Positions 1-10,352 of a stretch of DNA of 64,000 nt are shown in pieces. How positions within the stretch are numbered: position 1 is the stretch's first letter; every line of letters starts with the position of its first letter. Source of the stretch: a virus. Taxonomy: Duplodnaviria; Caudoviricetes. The notes beneath the pieces are model-generated. The model was given only the letters and a program-made list of their open reading frames with translations. It had not been told where the DNA came from and did no database searches. Where the stretch lies: IMG/VR virus record IMGVR_UViG_3300036761_002481, positions 808 to 64,807 of that record; one strand, given 5' to 3'. The position numbers and the translations under genes are program-made.

Positions 1-447
1 ATCGTCGGCGGACTCTTCGGCGAGCAGCTCTCGTTCCGGAGCGGCGTGCTTACCGGCGAGCTCCTGCGCGACAGCTGGCCGGCGCGCTCCTGGTTCCGGA
101 ACCGGATCGCGCTGACCGTCGGGCACGCGGTGCTCTTCGCTCCGGCGCGAGCAACGCAGCGAGCCTGGACGCACCAGCGAGTGCACGTCGACCAGGCCGA
201 GGCGGTCGGTCTCTCCGCGCTGCTCGTCGCGATCCCGGTGGCGTTTGTCAGCTGGCCGGCAGCGCTCGCGCTCTGGTCAGCGAGCGGTTTCGCGTCGGTG
301 GTCGGCGCGGCGATCGTCGCTTGGCTTCGCGGCGGACATGCACATCACGACTCGGTTCACGAGCGGGCGGCGTACGCGCTCGACGGCATGATCGACAGCG
401 ATCGGGACGTCACGCGTCGAAGCTTTCAACCGAACCTTCGCGCCTGA
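1..447 (+). CDS. Membrane-associated hypothetical protein, HExxH-peptidase-like with a degenerate motif (5'-truncated)
   Basis: Frame open from position 1; LTVGHAV..HQRVHVDQ..hydrophobic segment..HERAAYA. Confidence 0.45.
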   Translation: MVGGLFGEQLSFRSGVLTGELLRDSWPARSWFRNRIALTVGHAVLFAPARATQRAWTHQRVHVDQAEAVGLSALLVAIPVAFVSWPAALALWSASGFASVVGAAIVAWLRGGHAHHDSVHERAAYALDGMIDSDRDVTRRSFQPNLRA

Positions 448-669
448 GCTGCTCGTCCGGCTACGCTCGCGCGCGTCCGCTCGGGTGCTCGATGCGCGGT
501 GACCCCGCTAGCGGTATCCCGCACGTCGCCATCGGGGTGGAGACGCCGCGTAAGGGCGTCCGAGCGGACACCTAGGCTACCCTAGCGACCCGATCGCTAA
601 GGTCGCTTATCGAGGCGGTCAGGAGCGGCAATCGGGGTGTGCTCGGGCGGGTGACGTCTTACGTGTCCG

Positions 670-685
670 GTCTCCCCGGGGAGAC
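670..685. repeat. 16-bp palindrome GTCTCCCCGGGGAGAC, copy 1
   Basis: Exact match; perfect palindrome extends 667-688. Confidence 0.95.
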
Positions 686-1416
686 CGGGATCTCACGACG
701 TGACGATCGTCGGGTGGTAGGTCGTTACGTCGACGGCGGTCAGCGTGACCGTCGACCAGCGAACGTCGCCGGACTTCCTGACGTGAGCCTCGAGCTCGGA
801 GCCGGACTCGATCAGATGGTTGCCGGTTCGATCGAGATCGTCGGCGAGACGGACGGCAGCTTCGCCTAGGCTTCCGGCGCGGACGCGACGCGGACGGCTC
901 ATCAAGCCGGGGATCCTGACCTCGTAGATCGCGACGCAGCGATGATCGCCGAAGAGTTGCGTGACGCCGCAGCTAGCGCAGGCGGCTCGGCGGTAGCAGC
1001 TAGCGCAACGAGCGTTTCCGCAGCTGCATCGAAGTCTTCGTCGTCTAGGCATGAACATCTCTCACCCGGAGGTTCCCGCCGGCGGTTCCGGTAGGTCAAC
1101 CAGACATATCCGCGCGGCGCGAGCTTGGTCGCGCCGGACGCGACGCGTCAGCGTCGCTGTAGATGTGTTCGACCGACGATCACCGTCCGGTTCGGTAGGA
1201 GAGGACGCAGTCCTCTCCAGAAGAGGAAGCCGACACGTCTGCCGGTTTGTTTAGATCAACATAGAGATAACGATCTGCTTTCGATCCTTTCGATCGTTAC
1301 TAAAGAAAGCCGCGGGCGCGCGGGCGCGCGGGCGCGCGAATACCGCGAAGAGATCGAAACGTGTCCGACGGCGCCGAACGAACCTCTCGCGGAACCGGAT
1401 CTAGCGGAGGAACAGC

Positions 1417-1758
1417 ATGATCGACCCGCAACGAACGACCGAGTCTCCCCGGGGAGACTCGACCACCGAGACGCATCGCTGGCAGCTCGGACCGGACCAC
1501 TGGGTTGAGCTGACGCTATCGAAGCCGCTCGACGAGCGGTCGTTCGAGAAGCTTCGGCGATACCTCGAGCTCGTCGAACCGGAGCCGGTGCCGCGCGTGA
1601 TCGTCACCGGGCCGATGAGCGATCACATCGTCGGCCGAGTCGTCGGTCCAAAGCTCGACGGCGTCGGTACCTTCGGCGAACCGAGCCCGAGCGACGGCGT
1701 GAACACGACAGACAACTCCGAGAGAGCGGCGGCTGCTCAGCTCGCGGGCAATCGATGA
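1417..1758 (+). CDS. Hypothetical protein
   Basis: GGAGGA RBS, ATG start, ATGA coupling to the next gene; contains palindrome copy 2. Confidence 0.6.
   Translation: MIDPQRTTESPRGDSTTETHRWQLGPDHWVELTLSKPLDERSFEKLRRYLELVEPEPVPRVIVTGPMSDHIVGRVVGPKLDGVGTFGEPSPSDGVNTTDNSERAAAAQLAGNR
1443..1458. repeat. 16-bp palindrome, copy 2
   Basis: Exact match; extends 1440-1461; translated as ESPRGDS. Confidence 0.95.
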
Positions 1759-2336
1759 GCGCTCGCCGTCCTCGCGTGCTGCTCGACATCGACGGCGTCG
1801 TCGGAGACTTCATCTCGAGCGCGCTCGAGATCGTCACCGAGCTCGGCGTCGCCGGCCTGACCGCCGACGGCATCGTCGACGCGCGGATGGAGAACCTGCT
1901 TCCGAGCGAGCACCGCGAGACGTTTCTCGACCGGCTCCGGCAGCGCGGCTTCTGCACGCGGCTTCGTCCGTATCCGGGCGCGGTCGAGTTCGTTCGCGAG
2001 CTGCAGCGCAGGCACGACGTCGCGGTCGTCACAACAGCGATGCCCGGCTCCGAGACCTGGGCACACGAGCGCGAGAACTGGCTCGCCGAGACGTTCGATC
2101 TCCGGACCGTGATCAGCACGCGCCACAAGGACTGGATCGCGGGCGACTACTTGATCGAGGACACGATCGCGAACGCCGTCGCTTGGACGCACGCGCATCC
2201 GCACGGCGTCGCGATGCTGATCGATCGGCCCTACAACCGCGGCTACACGTTGATCGACCGCATCGTTCGTTACCGGAGCCTGCCGGCCGTGCTCGGCGCG
2301 ATCGACCGGTCGGTCGCCGAACGTTCTCTCGCGTAA
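1755..2336 (+). CDS. HAD-family 5'(3')-deoxyribonucleotidase (NT5C-like)
   Basis: LLDIDGV motif I; PYPGAVE; HK..GDYLIED; DRPYN. Confidence 0.85.
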   Translation: MSARRPRVLLDIDGVVGDFISSALEIVTELGVAGLTADGIVDARMENLLPSEHRETFLDRLRQRGFCTRLRPYPGAVEFVRELQRRHDVAVVTTAMPGSETWAHERENWLAETFDLRTVISTRHKDWIAGDYLIEDTIANAVAWTHAHPHGVAMLIDRPYNRGYTLIDRIVRYRSLPAVLGAIDRSVAERSLA

Positions 2337-2350
2337 CTGGATCTCGCGAG

Positions 2351-3835
2351 ATGGACGCTCATGTCGCGGTGAACAACGTGCTCGAGATCACCGGCGGCTC
2401 CGCCGAGTTGTTCGATGCGCTCAAGAAGGCGACGACGCATTCGAATCCGGAGTTTTTCAAGAAGAAGGCGATGGGCATGTGGACCGGCGGCACACCGTCG
2501 AAGCTCGTGACCTGGCGACAGGCAGGCCCCGTGCTCGCGGTTCCGCGCGGCGTGATGTCGAAGCTTCGCGCGATCGCTGCCGAGGTCGGCGACCGGTTGA
2601 TCCTTCACGATCAGCGAGTCTCGATCGAGAGCGACTGGCCGGCGTTCGTCGCGGATCCCGGAAGCGCGACCGACACCGTCAGCGAGCGGCGCTATCAGGT
2701 CGAGACCGAGACGGCGTGCCGCGAGCGCGAGCAAGGCATCGTTCGCTCGCCGACCGGATCCGGAAAGACGCACGTCGCGCTCTCGGTCTTCAGCAAGATC
2801 CGGCAACGCACGCTCGTCATCGTCCGCGACCGCCAGCTGCTCGAGCAGTGGGTGAAGAAGGCGCGGAAGCATCTCGGGATGGAGACTCCGCAGATCGGCG
2901 TCGTCCGCGGCGGAAGAAAGCACGCGATCGGCACCTGCCTGACGCTCGCACTCCAGCAGACGCTCTGGACGAAGAGCTTTCCGCTCGCGGAGTTCGCGCG
3001 GCAGTTCGGCGTCGTCGCGGTCGACGAGGTGCATCTCGCGGCCGCGCGAACGGTCAGCCAGACGATCGACGCGTTCCCCGCGCGCTATCGTTTCGGCTTT
3101 TCCGCCGACGAGACGCGGAAGGACAAGAAAGAGTTCCTGATTTACGACCTGTTCGGCGAGGTCATCTACGAGATCACGCGCTCCGAGGTCGAGGAGCTCG
3201 GCTACACGTGCCCGGTCGTCGTCCGGCTCGTGCCGACGAGGTTCCGCGCGGACTGGTACCGGAACGCTCCGCCGGAGGAGCGCGACTTCAAGCGCCTGAT
3301 CGACGAGATGACGACCGACTCGGATCGCAACGCGCTGATCCGCCACGTCGTGCTCGTGATGGTGCGCGAGAAGCAGGACATACCGGCGCTCGTCTTCACG
3401 CACCGTCGCGAGCACGGGCACCGACTCTCGACGGAGCTTCTCGCGGCGGACGGCATCGCGTGCGGTTTGATGATGGGCTCGAAAGAGTCAGCCGCTGCGT
3501 TCGAGGAGTCGCGCGAGCTGCTCGAGAAGGGTCGGCTCCCAGTAGCGGTCGGGACGTTCAACGCGATCGGCACCGGCATCGACATCCCGAACGTTCGCGC
3601 CGGCATCGTCGCGACGCCGCTCGGTAACAACCGGCAGAACTTCAACCAGGTTCGCGGTCGGCTCTGTCGGCCGTCGAAGGGGAAGTCGATCGGACATCTC
3701 TACTATCTCTGGGACCGCGAGGTGTTCCCGTACGCGGTGAGAAACCTCCACGATTGGAACGACGGCAACGTCGAGATGCTCGACTCTGACACCGCTGCTT
3801 GGGTGCCGGTCGACGCGCAAGGAGAACCCGAATGA
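2351..3835 (+). CDS. SF2 DEAD/DEAH-box helicase (RadD/UvsW-like)
   Basis: SPTGSGKT, DEVH, SA motif III, GIDIP, QVRGR; ATG 2351 chosen as start. Confidence 0.9.
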   Translation: MDAHVAVNNVLEITGGSAELFDALKKATTHSNPEFFKKKAMGMWTGGTPSKLVTWRQAGPVLAVPRGVMSKLRAIAAEVGDRLILHDQRVSIESDWPAFVADPGSATDTVSERRYQVETETACREREQGIVRSPTGSGKTHVALSVFSKIRQRTLVIVRDRQLLEQWVKKARKHLGMETPQIGVVRGGRKHAIGTCLTLALQQTLWTKSFPLAEFARQFGVVAVDEVHLAAARTVSQTIDAFPARYRFGFSADETRKDKKEFLIYDLFGEVIYEITRSEVEELGYTCPVVVRLVPTRFRADWYRNAPPEERDFKRLIDEMTTDSDRNALIRHVVLVMVREKQDIPALVFTHRREHGHRLSTELLAADGIACGLMMGSKESAAAFEESRELLEKGRLPVAVGTFNAIGTGIDIPNVRAGIVATPLGNNRQNFNQVRGRLCRPSKGKSIGHLYYLWDREVFPYAVRNLHDWNDGNVEMLDSDTAAWVPVDAQGEPE

Positions 3836-4107
3836 GCGACCGTCTATCGAAGAAACCCGAAGCACCGTTGCTCGCACGCCAGGGCGACGTGCTCGTCGTC
3901 GCGTTCCCGGAGATGACGATCCCGATCGCCTCGTACGCGAACGTGAAGATCGGCGGTCTGACCTACTCGCGGCATCTCGTCGACGGCGAGTCGGTCGAGG
4001 ACCAATACGAGAAAATCTACGCGTTCCTGACGCGGCGCGCGCTGCTCGACGGCAAAGCGAAGGTCGCCGAGGCGCAGGCGGAGCTAGAGAGAGTTCGCGC
4101 TCGATGA
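3832..4107 (+). CDS. Hypothetical protein
   Basis: ATGA-coupled at both ends. Confidence 0.6.
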   Translation: MSDRLSKKPEAPLLARQGDVLVVAFPEMTIPIASYANVKIGGLTYSRHLVDGESVEDQYEKIYAFLTRRALLDGKAKVAEAQAELERVRAR

Positions 4108-4586
4108 GCATCGCGGCATTCGTCAAGAACGCGGCTCCGCCGGATCCGCCAAAAGAGCGGACCGCGGGGCGGCCGCGCGTTCGTCGCGGCGGCAGGAAGC
4201 AGCTGACGCCGCTCGAGGTCGCCATCGATGACGCGACGCATCGCGCGAAGAGCGGCGACTGGGACGATGCGAAGGGCGCGACGCTCGTCGGTCTATACGC
4301 GCTCTGCCATCGGCTGATCTACGGCATCGTTCCGGACGAGCTCCAGGAGCTTCCGACGTTTCACGCCGCGGCGAAGCTCGCGAAAGCGATCACGCACGCG
4401 CACTTCGCCGACGACTTCGCGTCGTCGGCAGTGTTCGTGAAGTGGTGCTGGGAGCGCGAGAAGCGAAAGGACACTTGGGCGCGCCGCAACGGCATCGACC
4501 GGAACAGGATGTCGTGGAGGCTCCAGTTCTCGGCGAGCATGGTGACCGACTGGCGCGTCGATCAGCGGAAGGGACCGGTGCGCTGA
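4104..4586 (+). CDS. Hypothetical protein upstream of DnaB (possible loader/initiator)
   Basis: Translationally coupled; function inferred from position only. Confidence 0.55.
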   Translation: MSIAAFVKNAAPPDPPKERTAGRPRVRRGGRKQLTPLEVAIDDATHRAKSGDWDDAKGATLVGLYALCHRLIYGIVPDELQELPTFHAAAKLAKAITHAHFADDFASSAVFVKWCWEREKRKDTWARRNGIDRNRMSWRLQFSASMVTDWRVDQRKGPVR

Positions 4587-6004
4587 TGGGCAAAGAGATC
4601 ACGTTCGACGTCGGCAACGAGCAGATCGTGATCCGCGCCGCGATGGCGGATCCGGCGAAGCGCAAAGCGCTCGTCCACACGCTCAGCGACTCGGAGTTTC
4701 TGGTCACGCAGCACTCCGCGCTCTGGCGAGCGATGCGCGCGCTGACCGACCGCGCGCTCGACTACTCGCCGGAGACGATCCGCCAGCTGATGGTCGTCGA
4801 GGGCGCGCATCTCGATGACGAGTATCTCGCCGAGCTCGAAGAGGGCGCAGCGCTGCCGGCGAACCTCGACTGGCACATCGCGACCATGCGCTGGGACGCG
4901 ACGCGCGCCCGCGTCTTGAAGGAAGCGCTGCCGGCGCTCGTGAAGGAGCTCGAGAGCTCGAAGACAGGCGTCGACGAAGCCGTGGGGGCCGCTCGCGGCG
5001 TCCTGAAGGCGCTCGAGGGCGGAGGCGGACGACGACACATCCATCGCCCGGAGGAGCTCGCACGAGCCTACAAGGCCGACCTGCGCGACCGCCGGCAGCA
5101 CGGCAACTTCTGGAGCAGCGGCTTCGCCTCGATGGACGTGAAGCTCTCCGAGGGCTTCATGCCGCGACGGCTCGCGGTCGTCACCGGGCTGCCAGGCTCC
5201 GGGAAGTCGACGTGGGTCGCGACGCTCGCTCTCGAGCTCGCGAAGCGCGGCAGGCGGGTCCTGATGTGCGTCTGGGAGATGCCCGCGCGCTCGACGCTCG
5301 ACGTGATGGTCTGCGCGATGACCGGCTTGAACCTGCGGTCGCTCGTTCAGGGGTTGATCACCGACGAGGAGCTCGTTCGCGCCGACAGAGCGACCGACTG
5401 GATCAACCATCGGATCCGGTTCATGGACAACGCCTTCTTTGCTCGCGTCGCGAGCGGGAAGCGCTCGAACGACAGGAACCTCGACATACTCGAGGGGTAC
5501 GTCGCCGAGGCGGGCTGCGACGAGGTCATCATGGACCTCTGGGAGCGCTGCTTGTGCGACCTCTCGCCGGACGCGGTCGCGCTTGCGCTCTATCGACAGC
5601 AGCAGATGGCGGTCGAGTACGGATTCCACGCGATCGTGGTCCAGCAGCTCAAGTCGAAGGACGTTGAGAAGCGAAGCGACAAGCGACCGACGCGCGAGTC
5701 GATCAAGGGAACCGGCGCGTACACCGAGGTGCCGGATCTCATCTTCGGCGTACATCGGCCGGCTCAGTTCAAGGCGGTCCCGGACGACTCGCTCGAGGCG
5801 ATCTGCTTGAAGCAGCGAAAAGGCGACCTGAACTGGGCGATCCAGTTCGACTGGAACGGTGCGACTTGCAAAATCGCCGGTGGGGTCGAGGTTGCTTACG
5901 ATCCAGGATTGGAGAGTGCCGGTGAGCTCGGCGAGGTGACCGAGATATCGGCCATCAAGACGAAGCCGGCGCGCAAGAGCAAAATCGGCAGGAGGGACCA
6001 GTGA
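4586..6004 (+). CDS. dnaB: Replicative DnaB-like (SF4) helicase
   Basis: GLPGSGKS Walker A, WEM, IMD, VQQL, KGTGAY..D, KQRKG. Confidence 0.9.
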   Translation: MGKEITFDVGNEQIVIRAAMADPAKRKALVHTLSDSEFLVTQHSALWRAMRALTDRALDYSPETIRQLMVVEGAHLDDEYLAELEEGAALPANLDWHIATMRWDATRARVLKEALPALVKELESSKTGVDEAVGAARGVLKALEGGGGRRHIHRPEELARAYKADLRDRRQHGNFWSSGFASMDVKLSEGFMPRRLAVVTGLPGSGKSTWVATLALELAKRGRRVLMCVWEMPARSTLDVMVCAMTGLNLRSLVQGLITDEELVRADRATDWINHRIRFMDNAFFARVASGKRSNDRNLDILEGYVAEAGCDEVIMDLWERCLCDLSPDAVALALYRQQQMAVEYGFHAIVVQQLKSKDVEKRSDKRPTRESIKGTGAYTEVPDLIFGVHRPAQFKAVPDDSLEAICLKQRKGDLNWAIQFDWNGATCKIAGGVEVAYDPGLESAGELGEVTEISAIKTKPARKSKIGRRDQ

Positions 6005-6207
6005 GAGGGAACACGGTCATCGACGCGCACGACGCAACGCGGCGGCTGCGGAACGTGCTCGCGCGGCTGCGAATGAAGGCGACGCGTAGCGCGAGCTGCG
6101 AGCTGCGGGACGACATCGCGGAAGTGTTCGACGAGGAGGAAGCGCTCGCGGAGCGCGAGCTCGAACGGCTGCTTCATCTCGCGGTCGGCGAAGCCGCGAT
6201 CGCATGA
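6001..6207 (+). CDS. Small hypothetical protein
   Basis: GGAGG RBS; coupled to neighbouring genes. Confidence 0.5.
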   Translation: MRGNTVIDAHDATRRLRNVLARLRMKATRSASCELRDDIAEVFDEEEALAERELERLLHLAVGEAAIA

Positions 6208-6410
6208 GCACGCGGATGGAGGTATCGCCCGAGCAGCTGCGGCGAGAGCGCGCTCGGCACGTCCGCCAGATGCGCGACGCGAACCGCGAGCAGCCGGATC
6301 TTTTCAACATCGAAGCCGGCTTCACGTGCGACGCCTGCTCGCTCGCACCGACGTGCGCGTACGCGTTCGACTTGTACAACACCGACGGCGACTGCATCTC
6401 TTCCAAATGA
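6204..6410 (+). CDS. Small Cys-rich protein
   Basis: CDAC..C..DLYNTDGDC; ATGA-coupled. Confidence 0.6.
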   Translation: MSTRMEVSPEQLRRERARHVRQMRDANREQPDLFNIEAGFTCDACSLAPTCAYAFDLYNTDGDCISSK

Positions 6411-7378
6411 GCGGGTTCGAGCCGGTCGCGATCGAGGATCTTCTCCGAGAGCTCGGCATCGCGGCCGAACGCCGCGGAACGAAATGGCATGCGCGATGCC
6501 CGGCGCCGGACCACGACGACAAACACCCGTCGTGGTTCATCCGCGACGATCCGGGCGAGAAGTGGCACGGGTCGCATAGTTGCCGAAGCTGCGGACTCTC
6601 CGGCGGCCCTTGGGAGCTCGTCGCGTCGGTCCGGAAGCTCGGCATCGACGAGGCGGCCGCGTTCGTTCGCGCGCTCCTAAGCGGCCGCACGCCGACCCAG
6701 GAGGGCGTTCCAGAGATTGTGGTGAAGATCCGACGGCGCAGGAAGGTCTACGAGCTGCCGCCAGGGGTCGTCGTGCCGGCGACGATCGAGGATTGGTATC
6801 AGCCGGCGCTGCGCTACCTGCTCGAACGCGGCGTCACTGCTGAGCAGATCCTGCGTTGGGGCATCGGCTACGCGAAGCGTGGCCCGCTCGCTTGGCGAGT
6901 CGTCGTGCCGGTCCACACGCGGGGAAAGCTCGTCGCGTTCGCGGCGCGCGCCATCTTTGACGACGGCTCGAAGCGCTACGACATGCCGACGCGGAACGAG
7001 AGCGGAGCGCGACCCGACGTCGCGGTCTGGGGCGAGCCAGGCTTCGATCGAAGCCGCGGCGCGATCACCGTCGCCGAGGGCGTCTTCTCGGCACTCGCGC
7101 TCGAACGAATCGGAGCGCCGAACCCGTGCGCGCTGCTCGGCTCCGAGACGACCGCGCAGAAGGTGTCGGTGCTCGAGCAGTGGCCGGTCGTGCTCGTCGC
7201 CACGGATCCCGATGCAGCGGGCGAAAAGGCAGCACGCAAGCTCGCAGCGCTTCTCGGTCGTCGCTGCTGGGTCGAGCGCGTCGAGCTCGAAGCGTCGCCC
7301 GACGACTGCGACCCGAAACGACTTCGTCGCGCTGTCAACATCGCGACCGGTGGATTCGCGCACGTACGCGTCGCGTGA
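6407..7378 (+). CDS. DnaG-type primase (CHC2 zinc finger plus TOPRIM)
   Basis: CPAPDHDD..CRSC; YLLERG; AEGVFS; TDPDAAG. Confidence 0.9.
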   Translation: MSGFEPVAIEDLLRELGIAAERRGTKWHARCPAPDHDDKHPSWFIRDDPGEKWHGSHSCRSCGLSGGPWELVASVRKLGIDEAAAFVRALLSGRTPTQEGVPEIVVKIRRRRKVYELPPGVVVPATIEDWYQPALRYLLERGVTAEQILRWGIGYAKRGPLAWRVVVPVHTRGKLVAFAARAIFDDGSKRYDMPTRNESGARPDVAVWGEPGFDRSRGAITVAEGVFSALALERIGAPNPCALLGSETTAQKVSVLEQWPVVLVATDPDAAGEKAARKLAALLGRRCWVERVELEASPDDCDPKRLRRAVNIATGGFAHVRVA

Positions 7379-7692
7379 CCTAGGTGTAAGTCGCTGTCCC
7401 GTGAGCGCCCGGTTCGCCTACGAGTCAGGCAATCAGGCGATTCGCTGAAATAGTCGACGAACGCAGGCTCGTTCGCTCGGACACGTCACCTTGTGCGAGC
7501 GCGTCGCACACCGAGGTCGACGGTCACGTTCTGAAAAAATCGGCGTCCGCCGCGGTCGGAAAACGATCTCTCACGGAATGGGATGAAGTACGATCGCCAA
7601 CTCTCGCCGGTCGAGCGCGCGCGGACGCCGGAGAGTCAGGGCCACTGGCCCGAACAAAATAGAGCCGACTCGGCTCGGTCAGGTAACGGCGC

Positions 7693-9720
7693 ATGGAACA
7701 ACGGAGTTGTGGAAGTGCCGAAGTCGATCCTCGTCACCTCGGACTGAACGCCGAGCAGCTCGCGGTCGTAACGCATCTGTTGGGTCCGCTGCTCGTCGCG
7801 GCGGTCGCCGGGTGCGGCAAAACACGGGCGATAGTCCATCGAATCGCCGAGCTTGTCCGACGCGGCGTCGACGAAGCACGCATCCTCGCGGTCACGTTCT
7901 CGGCGAAAGCCGCGAAAGAGATGAACGACCGACTGATGGCGCTCGGAGTCCACTACGCGCGCGTCGGCACGTTCCACTCGGTAGGTCTCCAGATCGTTCG
8001 CGAGGAGTGGGGCGCGGACGAGTTCGAGAGCTGGCAGGTCGACGACACGAACCGCTATCGCGCGGTGGTGAAGGAGATCCTCGGCTACCGGCACATGAAC
8101 TGGGCGACCGCCGACCTGACCGCGGTGCTGCGGTACATCAGCATATGCAAAGCCAACGCGGCGCTACCCGACAGCGAGCGAGCGCTGGAGCTCGCTCGCG
8201 CGATGCCGCAACCGCGAGATCCGCGATTGTTGCTCGCCGCGTACACGAGTGCGGAGGAACTTCGTCGCGACCGAAGGCTCCTGACGTTCGACGACATGTT
8301 GGTCGAAGCTTGGATCCTGCTCTGCAACGAGGAGGTTCGTGAGCGCTGGGCGGCGCGCTGGGATCACGTTCTGCAGGACGAGTCGCAGGACGAGAACGTC
8401 GTTCAGCGCTCGATAGCGCAGATGCTGGCGCGCGATCACCGCAACTACATGATCGTCGGCGATCCGGCACAGAGCATTTACGGGTTCCGCGGCTCGGACC
8501 CGACCGGGATGTTGAACTTCGCCCAGACCTGGGAGGCGACGGTCGTCCGGATGACGCGAAACTACCGCAGCGGTCGACGGATCATCGAGGTCGCGAACGG
8601 AGCGCTTCGCGCGATGCCGCCGAACACGCATCTCGGCGTGACGATCGACGCCGAGCGAGATCTCGACGGAGTCGTCACGGCGTCGCGGTTCGCGTCGTTC
8701 GACGAAGAAGGCGAGGGGGTCGTCAAGTCGATCGTCGAACTTCATGCCGACGGTCGGCCCTGGAAGGACTGCGCCGTGCTTTACCGGACGCACGCCCAGT
8801 CTCGCGGCGTCGAAGAGGCGCTGCTCTCTGCTCGCGTTCCGTATTTCGTGATCGGGGGAACGAACTTCTACGACCGAGCCGAGGTCAAGCACCTGCTGGC
8901 GTATCTCCGGATCGCGCAAGGACGTGCGAACTTCAACGCCGTCAAGCGAGCGATCAACACACCGTTTCGGTTTCTCGGACGGGCGTTTCTCGATGGACTT
9001 GAAGAGGCCGGCCGTTCGGCGCCGGAGACGTTGCCTTGGACCGACATCGTTCGAGAGCACGTCGAGCGAGCGCGTCTCCAGAGCAGGCAGAAGACTGCGG
9101 CGCTCGCCTGGTGCTCGCTGATGGAGAGCATGGCCGCGACGATCGTTAGCGCTGCCGGCGAGACCGCGACCGAGCAGGAGAAGATGAACGGGCGACCGGC
9201 GATCATGCTGGAGCGCCTGATCGCCCAGGTCGGCTACGTGCAGTGGCTGACGCGCGACGAGGGCACCGAGAGCCCTGAAAACAATCGAGTGTCGAACGTC
9301 CGCGAGCTGGTACGCGCCGCCGAGCGGTTTCCGACGGTCGACGAGCTGCTCACGTACATCGAGGACACGCTCCAGAAAGCGGTCGAGGTACAGCAGCACG
9401 GCGAGGGCGCCGACTGCGTCGTTTTGACGAGCCTGCATCGGAGCAAAGGTCTCGAATGGCCGGTCGTCTACATGATCGGCACCAACGAGAAGATACTGCC
9501 CCACGCTCGCGCGGAGGACGACTCCGAGGAGCTTCGCTTGTTTTACGTGGGCGCGACGCGCGCGCGAGATGAACTCCACTTCTCGTGTGTTTGCCGAGCG
9601 CCTGTGGGAGCGCGGATAGTCTCGCTCGGTCCGTCGAAGTTCCTCGACGGCTCCGGGCTCGAAGTCCGAGATCACGGTTCGTGTCGCGACATCGCGCTAA
9701 GCGATCGCGAGGAAAGGTGA
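7693..9720 (+). CDS. UvrD/PcrA/Rep SF1 helicase
   Basis: AVAGCGKT, TFS, TFHS, DESQD, VGDPAQSIYGFRG, NYRS, HRSKGLEW, YVGATRA. Confidence 0.95.
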   Translation: MEQRSCGSAEVDPRHLGLNAEQLAVVTHLLGPLLVAAVAGCGKTRAIVHRIAELVRRGVDEARILAVTFSAKAAKEMNDRLMALGVHYARVGTFHSVGLQIVREEWGADEFESWQVDDTNRYRAVVKEILGYRHMNWATADLTAVLRYISICKANAALPDSERALELARAMPQPRDPRLLLAAYTSAEELRRDRRLLTFDDMLVEAWILLCNEEVRERWAARWDHVLQDESQDENVVQRSIAQMLARDHRNYMIVGDPAQSIYGFRGSDPTGMLNFAQTWEATVVRMTRNYRSGRRIIEVANGALRAMPPNTHLGVTIDAERDLDGVVTASRFASFDEEGEGVVKSIVELHADGRPWKDCAVLYRTHAQSRGVEEALLSARVPYFVIGGTNFYDRAEVKHLLAYLRIAQGRANFNAVKRAINTPFRFLGRAFLDGLEEAGRSAPETLPWTDIVREHVERARLQSRQKTAALAWCSLMESMAATIVSAAGETATEQEKMNGRPAIMLERLIAQVGYVQWLTRDEGTESPENNRVSNVRELVRAAERFPTVDELLTYIEDTLQKAVEVQQHGEGADCVVLTSLHRSKGLEWPVVYMIGTNEKILPHARAEDDSEELRLFYVGATRARDELHFSCVCRAPVGARIVSLGPSKFLDGSGLEVRDHGSCRDIALSDREER

Positions 9721-9725
9721 CGGGA

Positions 9726-10307
9726 ATGGTTGCGGGTACCCAGTACGATCAAGACCTCACGCGGCTACGAGACAACCCCGACACGTTTGCCGAGTTCGCT
9801 CGCCGGCATACGGGAATCGTGAAGCGGATCGCTGGCCCTTGGGTGCGGCGATGCCCCGACAAGATCGATATCGACGATGTCTCTCAGGAGGTGCTCGAAG
9901 CGATTTGGCGAGCGGTCGACTCCTGGGATCCTGAGCGCGGCGTGACGCTGCCGCAGTGGGTGCGCAAGTACGTTCGCTTCCGGCTCTTGAAGATGACTGC
10001 TCGGCTTCGCCAAGCGCGCCGAGTAGAGATGCGCCATATCCAGCGGTACGGGCAGCGCGACGACACGGTCTGTGACGAGTCCGCGATCTCGCTCGACGAC
10101 GGAGTCGAGTATTGGCGCCGCGCCGCGATGGTCATCGGTTCGATTCCGGATCGGCAGTCAGCCGACTTCATCGCGCGAGTGCTTCGCGGCCACGGCGTCG
10201 AGCGAGCTCGCCAAGCAGTCTATCTCGACAGCTCTTTCGGCGGAGCGATCCGGAAGTCGCGACGAGCCATCAATAACGCGATCGTCGTCGCTGCGCGTCT
10301 CGCGTAG
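9726..10307 (+). CDS. Phage sigma-70-family sigma factor
   Basis: Region 2-like DIDDVSQE..IWRAVDSWDPERG...W. Confidence 0.75.
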   Translation: MVAGTQYDQDLTRLRDNPDTFAEFARRHTGIVKRIAGPWVRRCPDKIDIDDVSQEVLEAIWRAVDSWDPERGVTLPQWVRKYVRFRLLKMTARLRQARRVEMRHIQRYGQRDDTVCDESAISLDDGVEYWRRAAMVIGSIPDRQSADFIARVLRGHGVERARQAVYLDSSFGGAIRKSRRAINNAIVVAARLA

Positions 10308-10352
10308 AGACGCGCTCAACTCTCTCAAAACTAAACGATTCCGGAGGACCGA

